Shown piece after piece: positions 56,548 to 64,000 of a stretch of DNA of 64,000 nt (positions are counted from its first letter, which is position 1; each line of letters opens with the position of its first letter). The stretch comes from Polyangiaceae bacterium. Lineage in GTDB: Bacteria > Myxococcota_A > Polyangia > Polyangiales > Polyangiaceae. The notes below the pieces were generated by a model, which did no database searches, was not told the DNA's origin, and was given only the letters and a program-made list of their open reading frames with translations. Made by a program: the position numbers and the translations under genes. The stretch is from the NCBI GenBank assembly GCA_033763455.1, contig JANRKO010000039.1, positions 32,001 to 96,000 on the forward strand. Direction: 5' to 3'.

Positions 56548-57599
56548 GCTTATCTGTTTATTCGGGCAGCCGCGTGCTCGTGGTGGGGGGCGCGGGCTTC
56601 GTAGGGTCCAACCTTGTACGAAAGGTGCTCGGGCTCGGCGCGAAAGAGGTCGTCGTGGTAGACAACTTCCTTTCCTCTGAGCGGAGCAACCTGCCCGAGG
56701 CCACCGCGCTTCGGGTTGTCGAGGGTTCGATCGCAGATTCGAGCTTGCTTGAGAGTATCGGATCCATTTGGGATTACGTGTTTCACCTGGCCACCTACCA
56801 CGGGAACCAGAGCTCAATTGCTGATCCCATCGCCGACCACGACAACAACACCCTCACCACACTAAAGCTTTTCGATTTTCTGAAGCACAGCCGCGGGATC
56901 CGGAAGATTGTTTACGCTTCCGCCGGCTGCACGGTCGCCGAAAAGACGTACGAGCATGCCACGGCAACTACCGAAGATGCTCCGATCTCGCTCTACTACG
57001 ACAGCCCGTACCAGATCTCGAAAGTAGTGGGCGAAATGTACGCCAATTACTATCACGCTCGCCACGGCTTGCCTGTTGTGAAAGCGCGCTTTCAGAACGT
57101 CTACGGCCCCGGTGAGGTGCTCGGGGCCGGCAAGTGGCGCGGCACTCCTGCCACCGTCTGGCGCAACGTAACGCCCAGCTTTGTGTACCGCGCACTCAAA
57201 GGCATGCCCATCACGGTGGACAACGGCGGCCAAACAAGCCGTGACTTCATCTTTGTGGATGATATCGTTCGAGGCTTATTGCTCGGCGGGAGCACCTCGG
57301 AACCAGGAGCGGTGTTTAATCTGGCAAGTGGCGTGGAGACGACGATCTTGACGCTGGCCGAAACCATCCAGCGCCTAGCCGGTAGCCATTGTGAGATTAT
57401 CGGCGCGCCGAAGCGCGACTGGGACCGTTCGGGCAAACGCTTCGGGAGCACCGAGCAAGCGCAGAAAACGTTAGGGTTTTCAGCAGAGGTTGGGCTCGAG
57501 GCAGGGCTGAAAGCGACCATCGAGTGGACTCAGAGCAACCTCGAACGGATTGAAGCCTGCATTCAACGGCATTCGGCTCATATGGCCACCTCGGGATAG
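56544..57599 (+). CDS. wbmF: Extended SDR, Bordetella WbmF-like
   Basis: 'GGAGFVG', 'HLATYHGNQSSI.DP.ADH.NNTLTTLKL', 'RFQNVYGPGE.LGAG.WRGTPATVWRNVTP'. Confidence 0.8.
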   Translation: MSLSVYSGSRVLVVGGAGFVGSNLVRKVLGLGAKEVVVVDNFLSSERSNLPEATALRVVEGSIADSSLLESIGSIWDYVFHLATYHGNQSSIADPIADHDNNTLTTLKLFDFLKHSRGIRKIVYASAGCTVAEKTYEHATATTEDAPISLYYDSPYQISKVVGEMYANYYHARHGLPVVKARFQNVYGPGEVLGAGKWRGTPATVWRNVTPSFVYRALKGMPITVDNGGQTSRDFIFVDDIVRGLLLGGSTSEPGAVFNLASGVETTILTLAETIQRLAGSHCEIIGAPKRDWDRSGKRFGSTEQAQKTLGFSAEVGLEAGLKATIEWTQSNLERIEACIQRHSAHMATSG

Positions 57600-57603
57600 C
57601 GGA

Positions 57604-58800
57604 ATGCCCAAAAAGCTCAGCGGGGCCCTCCGGGCCCTCGTGCTATCCGCGGACGGACCGGGCTGGCGACGCGTAGTTGGGGACACAGTGTTCGGAGGGC
57701 TTTTGGGGTTAACCTACGAACGTGTTCCCGCGCGCTTGCGGAGCACCTGGTTCGCCAGGAAGGTGTTGGCGCCGGAATACGCTAGGCTTGGCTATGTGTT
57801 AGATTGGCGCGATGCGATTCTGGCCGCGCCTGAGCTCGATTGTCATCTGATCAACGTTAGCGATCTCACTCGATCCCTCCCCGCACTGAAAGCCATTCGA
57901 AAATACGATTGCGTGATCGTTCTGCATTCCGCTTTCGGGGATTTCGTAGCCCTCCTTCAGCGCCTAGCACCCTTGTTTCAGGCGCGCCGCGGTCCGATGT
58001 TTGCGTTCGTTGGCAACGAATATGACCAAATGTCAGGTAAATTTGCCTTCTTGCGATCAGCCGGGGTCAACCTAGTGGGCTCCCAACTGCCGCTAGATGT
58101 GGCCCAGTGGTTGTACGCCCGTTGCTCAGCTTCCACGGTCATTGCGATGCCGCACGCACTCAATCCCGAGATGTACAACCCTCCGCCGAAGGAAAACCGC
58201 ACCATTGATGTTGGCTTCATTGGATCGCGTTATCCGCTATTCATTGGGGACACGGAGCGGAACCGCCTATTGAGCTACTTTGAAGAGCACGGGACGCGTC
58301 TCGGCCTGACGACGAGCATCAGCGCCACCACGCAAGATCGTGCAGGCTGGCTTCACTTTCTGCAGCACACTTGCGGCATCCTGGGCGCGGAAGCGGGCAC
58401 CTATTACCTGGATCAAGAAGGCGCGCTCATGCGCTCAGCCAAAGCTTATTGTGAGAGGTTTCCTGAGGCCACGCTTCAAGAGGTGGTAGCTGAGTGTTTC
58501 AGCGGCCAAATAGAGTATCGAAGTGGCAAGGCCATCTCCTCGCGCCACTTCGAACCGATCGGCGCAATGGCGTGTCAGCTGCTGTTAGAGGGGAGGTACA
58601 ACGGTATCCTGACCGCAGGCCAGCACTACATTGCCATTGATCGGGACCTGGGGAATGTGGATGAGGCCGTGCGCCAATTCCGAGATCTGGGCGTTCGCCG
58701 TCAGGTTGCCAGCCAGGCATATGCACACGTCATGGGGGCGCACACGTATCGGCACCGAGTGCAACACATGGTCCAGGCGCTCGACGCCCTCTCAAGTTAA
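57604..58800 (+). CDS. Glycosyltransferase (Glyco_trans_1_2 / CgeB-like)
   Basis: 'DVGFIG', 'SSRHFE', C-terminal 'AYAHV...HTYRHR'. Confidence 0.75.
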   Translation: MPKKLSGALRALVLSADGPGWRRVVGDTVFGGLLGLTYERVPARLRSTWFARKVLAPEYARLGYVLDWRDAILAAPELDCHLINVSDLTRSLPALKAIRKYDCVIVLHSAFGDFVALLQRLAPLFQARRGPMFAFVGNEYDQMSGKFAFLRSAGVNLVGSQLPLDVAQWLYARCSASTVIAMPHALNPEMYNPPPKENRTIDVGFIGSRYPLFIGDTERNRLLSYFEEHGTRLGLTTSISATTQDRAGWLHFLQHTCGILGAEAGTYYLDQEGALMRSAKAYCERFPEATLQEVVAECFSGQIEYRSGKAISSRHFEPIGAMACQLLLEGRYNGILTAGQHYIAIDRDLGNVDEAVRQFRDLGVRRQVASQAYAHVMGAHTYRHRVQHMVQALDALSS

Positions 58801-58828
58801 GGCCAGTCTTACCTCGGTGCCGGCTCAC
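58702..58828 (+). repeat. Copy 1 of a diverged ~127-bp direct repeat (GT 3' end plus downstream DNA)
   Basis: Aligns without gaps to 59915-60041. Confidence 0.85.
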
Positions 58829-58844
58829 CGATCGACATAGCCAC

Positions 58845-59732
58845 TCATTCTTTCTGCCAAACAAGCATCGCTCCGCGTGTTTCGAAGTCGGCCTGTGTGA
58901 AGTTCAGGCACCAGCCGCGGCGCGCTTGGTAGGGGTAGCCTGTACGGTCCAAGTTGGGCAGCATCCCTGCTAGACGGAAGCCAGATCTTTCTGCCAGGGC
59001 AACGTAATAGGAGAGGGGCCGGCGGTTCGTGAGGCAATATTTCCCACGCATGACGCGCCAGAGGGGAGCTGGGTAGAACCAGTGGCCATTCCAGCGCGTG
59101 GCTGTTTCGAGGCTCGAGAAGTCCACCTGGTGTGACATCCACCCGCCTTTAGTTAACAACCGATGAAATGCCTGGAAGTACCCCTCGAGGTCTTCAATAT
59201 GTTGGAGTGTGGCCTGGGAGAAGATCAGATCGAAATTGTTATCACCGTCGAAATCTTGAATTTTACCCACATGGTACCGAAGCCTGCGCTCCAGTTCGAC
59301 TGGTTCCACGCGGCGGGTGGGCTCGTGTTCGGGCAACGTGAGATCTTCCAAGTGGGGTCGTAGGTTTGGAAATTCCTCACGGCCGGGTAAAGCCTCCTTT
59401 CGCTCAAACATTGCAGATAGCTCGCCAAGCATCGCGATTTCGCTGCCATGATGCCCAACTGGATAGAGATCCAGCCCGTGGGCCTCCCGTGCCAAGGTGA
59501 GAAGAGCGCACACGCTGCTTCCGAGCGAATTGCCGGGCCCCAGCTCAAGCACCTTAGCGTTAGCCAGCGTGCAGCCCATTTCGCGCAAGGCGCTTAGGTG
59601 CCGCCCCCAGACGGCGTAGCAATAGCGCGGTTGTGCGGTGCTTCCGCCGCTCTTTCGAGGGCGCGGTACATGGGTGGAGAGACCCTTCACCACCGCCTGA
59701 AGTGCCCGGAGATCTACTGGTAACGGTTGCAT
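58845..59732 (-). CDS. Class I SAM-dependent methyltransferase
   Basis: 'VLELGPGNSLG' motif I, 'FDLIFSQATLQHI', 'L..GGWMSHQVD'. Start uncertain; the ORF is open to 59840. Confidence 0.8.
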   Translation of the reverse strand: MQPLPVDLRALQAVVKGLSTHVPRPRKSGGSTAQPRYCYAVWGRHLSALREMGCTLANAKVLELGPGNSLGSSVCALLTLAREAHGLDLYPVGHHGSEIAMLGELSAMFERKEALPGREEFPNLRPHLEDLTLPEHEPTRRVEPVELERRLRYHVGKIQDFDGDNNFDLIFSQATLQHIEDLEGYFQAFHRLLTKGGWMSHQVDFSSLETATRWNGHWFYPAPLWRVMRGKYCLTNRRPLSYYVALAERSGFRLAGMLPNLDRTGYPYQARRGWCLNFTQADFETRGAMLVWQKE

Positions 59733-59914
59733 GGTGATTCGCACATAGCCTAGCCCCGTTCGACGCGTCCACTCCGAAGCGGTGTGCTTCGAACCACTTG
59801 GTGATTCTAGGCACTTGGGCGCCAAAGATATCGTTGGCACGGAGGAAGCGGACGTATTGCCTGACCGGAGCCGAAGTGTACGGCGCTGGCATCACCGAGC
59901 GTGCTGTTAGCTGC

Positions 59915-60041
59915 CAAATTGCCTGTCAGGCATATGCACACGTTATGGGTGCTTACACCTATCGGCATCAAGTAGAGCTGGTAGTCCAATCGCTGGACGC
60001 CCTCGCAAGTTAAGCCCGATCTTGCGTCGGCGCAGCCTCAC
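59915..60041 (+). pseudogene. Copy 2 of the repeat: remnant 3' end of a homologous glycosyltransferase
   Basis: Encodes QIACQAYAHVMGAYTYRHQVELVVQSLDALAS* versus QVASQAYAHVMGAHTYRHRVQHMVQALDALSS* in 57604..58800. Confidence 0.8.
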
Positions 60042-60141
60042 GATTAGGGTCTGAAGCCATGCGTATCAAGCCGCCGTTGAGCGCCGTGAAGTCGAATGCT
60101 CATGCCCTCGTCTTTTGATTGAGAGCGAATTGGCAGCACCT

Positions 60142-61257
60142 ATGGCATCTCGCCGATTCTCCGCGCGCTGGCAGAAGCTTTCATTCTTCTTGCCTGCACT
60201 TTCTGATGGAGGTGCAGAGCGCGTGTGGGTTACGTTTGCAAGTGGGCTAGCGGCGCGGGGCGCGAACGTGGAACTGGTGGTAAGCGGGCCAGAATCGAAA
60301 TATGTTGAAGAGCTTCACGCTTCGGTGGCGCTCGTTAGGCTGCCTGCAGCGCGCCTCAGCCTTCTCCCGCTAAAGCTCGCCGCTCATTATCGCTCGACGC
60401 GACCCGACGTTATCTTGACAACCATGGTCACGGCCAACCTGGTTGCTGGTGCCGCGGCACAGCTCGGAAGCCCCCGTTCCAAGCTGATAATGCGCGAAGC
60501 TGCGTCGCCCCGAGCTCCGTCGTTCAGCTGGCGCGAAGCCCTGACGCCAGTGGCGCGCCAACTTTCGTATCCGATGGCGGATGCCATCATTGCGCCCTGC
60601 CAGGAGGTCGCCAAGCAGCTCACTGAAGTGCTCCCACTCAAATCCGCGGCCAAGATCCACGTGATTCCTAATCCGATCGCCGTCGACACAATAATCCAAA
60701 TGTCGACAGAAGCAGGGCCCTGGCCCTTTCCTCAGCACACTCCAGTTATCGTCGCCTGCGGGCGGCTCGATCCGACCAAAGGTTTCGACATCTTGCTTCG
60801 GGCCCTTGCGATGGTGCTGAAGAAGCGCCCAGTGCATCTAGCAATCTTAGGCGAAGGAAGTGAGCGAGCGGCGCTCATCCGGCTGTCAGAAGAGCTGGGA
60901 ATTGCGCAAAACGTAAGCCTCCTCGGCTTCGTCAAAAATCCGTTCCACTACTTCGCTCGCGCGCAGGTATTCGTGCTGAGTTCGAGAAGCGAAGGATTTC
61001 CGAACGTCCTTCTTCAGGCAATGGCTTGTGGCAGCCAGGTAGTCGCGGCTGATTGTCCCACTGGTCCAAGGGAGATCATCCTGGATCCTACCCACGGGCT
61101 CTTGGTACCCCCTGAAAATGTGTACGCGCTTTCAGAGGCCGTTCTCCAACAGCTCGCTGCGCCACCCAGGAACCCAGCGGCAGTCGCACGCAGTCGAGAC
61201 TTCGACGTGCACCTGGGCGTTGATGCGATGGAGCGCCTTCTACAAAATCTACGTTAG
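60142..61257 (+). CDS. GT4 family glycosyltransferase
   Basis: 'GGAERV', 'GRL...KGFD', 'FVLSSRSEGFPNVLLQAMACG', 'DCPTGPREI'. Confidence 0.9.
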   Translation: MASRRFSARWQKLSFFLPALSDGGAERVWVTFASGLAARGANVELVVSGPESKYVEELHASVALVRLPAARLSLLPLKLAAHYRSTRPDVILTTMVTANLVAGAAAQLGSPRSKLIMREAASPRAPSFSWREALTPVARQLSYPMADAIIAPCQEVAKQLTEVLPLKSAAKIHVIPNPIAVDTIIQMSTEAGPWPFPQHTPVIVACGRLDPTKGFDILLRALAMVLKKRPVHLAILGEGSERAALIRLSEELGIAQNVSLLGFVKNPFHYFARAQVFVLSSRSEGFPNVLLQAMACGSQVVAADCPTGPREIILDPTHGLLVPPENVYALSEAVLQQLAAPPRNPAAVARSRDFDVHLGVDAMERLLQNLR

Positions 61258-61367
61258 GGTTGCTCCTTCCCTCACCTGAGGGAGCCGCGTAGACCTTCCT
61301 GGCTCAACTGCCTTACCCGTTGCGTGCGCCCCAATGCCGCTAACCGAATCAATCACAGGCGAAGTGT

Positions 61368-64000
61368 TTACCGCCCCACCTCAAAGCGAATGTTCGCCGA
61401 TAAGAGTGCCTCCCCCTGGCGTGCGAACCTCTGAAAGCTGCCATATTCGGCTGGCGTTACGCGCGCGGCACGAGCTTTCACCTTGCGGGAAAGATGCAGT
61501 GCCTTGCCGTTGAATGTATCGGAAATGGTGATTTCGCGGGGGCCATCGCGCAAGGCGCGCGCCGGGGAAACCTGCACGTGCCGACTGTTCGCTGGAAGTG
61601 TGAGCTCTAGATCTACCGCCTGCACCACGCTTTCTTGCATCACAAGTGGCGTCTGCCGGGATGGCAGGCTGGCGTAGCTGGTGAGCTGTGAGGCAAACGG
61701 CGGCGATACGCTGAACGTGTTTCCCTCGGTATTGGCGAAGTGCGGGACCTCAAGCGTTGCGACAAACACCAGAGGCAGATTAAAGTCGGTCGAATTTAGG
61801 ATCTTAACAGCTTTCAACCTCGCCCCTTCAATCAACTGACCGAAAAGCTCAGACTCTAGAGTGGACTGCAAGCGTACTTCTGGGATTCCGGCAACGGCTG
61901 TGCGCAAGCCTATGGCATTGGCGCCTTCGTACGTAATTCGGAGTTCTAACAGCGCCGAGCCATCCGCATTCACGCTTCCCCGGCCTGCGTAGGTGACGCC
62001 GTCTGACAACGCACCTTCGGGCGTGAACGCTCGCCGTGGCCCTTCCGGGCTCAGGAGGTACGCCGGCATGCCCCGATTTTCTTCGGGCAGAAAACCAAAC
62101 TTTGCGTATTTGCTATTCATCCACAACCACTGTTCCCCGTCCGCAAGCTGTATGCGGAGGGCGGGATCTGAGAACTCCGCAGCTTGGGATAGCGAACCGA
62201 GGGGTTCGGCTGCTAAGCGATTTTTAACGAGTGCAAAGTCCACCTGCATGTCGACTGCGCGGCATAGCTCCATAAAGGCGCGCCAACGATTTCCCTCGCG
62301 CGTCATGATCACCTGGCGGCCATCGGATGCCTCACCGGGTTGCACGTTATCGAGCACCCAACGGTACAGGGCTTCTGCACGAGCGCGTTCGGCCTTGAGC
62401 CGCACCTTTTCCACGATCTTTGCCGCAAGCGCGCGGATCCTGGGATCCACCGGGGTCATCGGGACCAGATCTCGCGACAACTCCAACAGGCGTTGCTCCA
62501 ACTTCACGCCCCACCCCACGTACACGCTCGGAAGAAATTCCTCCACACTCGCACGGTAGGGTTCTTTAGGCGCCGCTGGGCTTCGATCCACTCGCCAGCG
62601 CCTAAGGACCGCAGACCCTAAATCCACCACTTCGGGCTTGGGCACCTGGCCGCGCGTTTCTACTGTGAGCGGGCGATTCTTGGGGCTGATGACCAGAAAT
62701 TCGCTGCGTGCGTAGGCGATATTCTCCTCGCGGAAAAACCAACGCGGGCCAATATAGCGATCTCCGGAGCGATCCTGACTCGGGATACTCGAAATGTGCT
62801 CCGTCTCTACGTAATCACCCACCTCTAGGTGTGGCAGCGTTACCGTGGGCTTGCCTTGTACGTTTTCGGGCTCAAACACCTGCCCGTCTTTCTTGATCAC
62901 CCGCATGTGCAAGACCAACCCGTCGAGCTTCTGGCTCTCTGCAAACTGCTGGATGGCTTCGCTACTTTGGATCCGAACAATCTCGTGCTCCAGCATTCGC
63001 GATGAACCATCCGAGCGAACCCACACTGCCGAATAATCCAGCACGCGTGCTGCCGTGCCCGGTTGGTGATTATTCTCAGCTTCGTAATCACGAATAACGG
63101 CGAGCGCGTCTAGCCGATACGGTTCGAGCTCCGTCTTGCCCGAAATGAGATCGATCGCGTCCAAGATGGGGCCCGTATTTGCGCCTGCCATCGTCCCTTC
63201 AACCACGGCTTGCGTAAGCGCTGTTCCGTCGCCCTTGGCCAGCTTCGCGTCGGCCAAACCAAGGCGAGCTTCGCTGTTCAACGGATCTTTCAAAACCTGA
63301 GCTTTGAGTTTGTCGGTTGTTTCCTGGACGATACCAGCACGCACCCGCAAATCCTCAAGGCGGCTTTTGAGTTCGGGGCGATCGGGGTGCATGCGCACAA
63401 GCCGGCTCAGCGCTTCCATTGCTCGCCCGTAATCCTGCCGTTCGAGAGCACGAGTGAACTCGATCTCGTTGTCCTTATCTACATGCACGATTCTGGCAGT
63501 GAGCTCCTGGGCCCGCTTGGGATCACCTTCTTGCTCGTAGACTTGAACCGCAGCCATCAGCATTTCTGGGTTTTCCGGAAAACGCTCCGCCAGCTCCTTG
63601 CTCAGCCGTGCCTGTTCGGTGGTCCAACCCAGTTCGCCGTACGTACGCTGCAAGGCGGACCATGAAGCGGACACTTGTGGATATGTTGCCGTGAGCTTCT
63701 TGAGCTGCGCCACCGCCTCAGTGGCGCCGCGCTGTTCGCCGTCCATCAAAGCACGTGAAAGCTGAGGTGCGAACAAGCCGCCATCTTTGCCAACGGCCAG
63801 CTGTTCCAGCTGCTTTATGGCGTCACTTGCCATCGAACCACCGAGGAGCGGATCGTTGTTCACAAAGCGAGAAGCCCAATAGAGGGAGGTACCAGTAGCC
63901 TGTTTGCGATCTCGAATCAGTGGCTCAAACAGCAACGTTGCGAGATCTCCCTGGCCTTCTATGTTTGCGGTGTCTGCCGCAAGGAAACGCACAATGTCGT
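61368..64000 (-). CDS. Large TPR + DUF3857 + transglutaminase-like protein (5' end outside the window)
   Basis: TPR-like helices; 'V.SDGS....H', 'LP.LEVGDYVE' (DUF3857); 'ALYRWV..N'; C-terminal 'LP......SR......V.P.EY..F'. Confidence 0.8.
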   Translation of the reverse strand, partial: DIVRFLAADTANIEGQGDLATLLFEPLIRDRKQATGTSLYWASRFVNNDPLLGGSMASDAIKQLEQLAVGKDGGLFAPQLSRALMDGEQRGATEAVAQLKKLTATYPQVSASWSALQRTYGELGWTTEQARLSKELAERFPENPEMLMAAVQVYEQEGDPKRAQELTARIVHVDKDNEIEFTRALERQDYGRAMEALSRLVRMHPDRPELKSRLEDLRVRAGIVQETTDKLKAQVLKDPLNSEARLGLADAKLAKGDGTALTQAVVEGTMAGANTGPILDAIDLISGKTELEPYRLDALAVIRDYEAENNHQPGTAARVLDYSAVWVRSDGSSRMLEHEIVRIQSSEAIQQFAESQKLDGLVLHMRVIKKDGQVFEPENVQGKPTVTLPHLEVGDYVETEHISSIPSQDRSGDRYIGPRWFFREENIAYARSEFLVISPKNRPLTVETRGQVPKPEVVDLGSAVLRRWRVDRSPAAPKEPYRASVEEFLPSVYVGWGVKLEQRLLELSRDLVPMTPVDPRIRALAAKIVEKVRLKAERARAEALYRWVLDNVQPGEASDGRQVIMTREGNRWRAFMELCRAVDMQVDFALVKNRLAAEPLGSLSQAAEFSDPALRIQLADGEQWLWMNSKYAKFGFLPEENRGMPAYLLSPEGPRRAFTPEGALSDGVTYAGRGSVNADGSALLELRITYEGANAIGLRTAVAGIPEVRLQSTLESELFGQLIEGARLKAVKILNSTDFNLPLVFVATLEVPHFANTEGNTFSVSPPFASQLTSYASLPSRQTPLVMQESVVQAVDLELTLPANSRHVQVSPARALRDGPREITISDTFNGKALHLSRKVKARAARVTPAEYGSFQRFARQGEALLSANIRFEVGR

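Overview
A 64-kb GC-rich bacterial window, most consistent with a myxobacterium (Polyangiaceae/Sorangiineae-like). That assignment is inferred from a MYXO-CTERM protein, Gly-rich lipoproteins, and fibro-slime and DUF1592 proteins. Main contents: (1) a ~10-kb defence island (9.3-19.4 kb) with a type I R-M system (hsdM-hsdS-hsdR). A NucS/DUF5655 nuclease gene and a Schlafen/AlbA_2-HATPase gene lie inside the operon. A divergent unknown gene is paired with a truncated PIN gene, and a GATC-bearing 20/21-bp tandem repeat sits just before hsdR. (2) A compact divergent trhP / cmoA-cmoB cluster for tRNA cmo5U34 synthesis, with an extra C-terminal CCxxGCxxC tail on TrhP. (3) Three tandem AIM24 (TIGR00266) genes divergent from an M48 protease. 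(4) A surface-glycan locus combining wbpB/D/E/I-like genes with Bordetella wbmI/H/F-like genes, plus an antisense methyltransferase bracketed by a diverged ~127-bp direct repeat. (5) Assorted housekeeping genes (folB fusion, ilvE, tadA, fucU, ybaK, apaH, RlmL-like) and secreted or lipoprotein genes. No rRNA, tRNA, CRISPR array, transposase or integrase was recognised. All family assignments come from motif recognition by eye, not from database searches.
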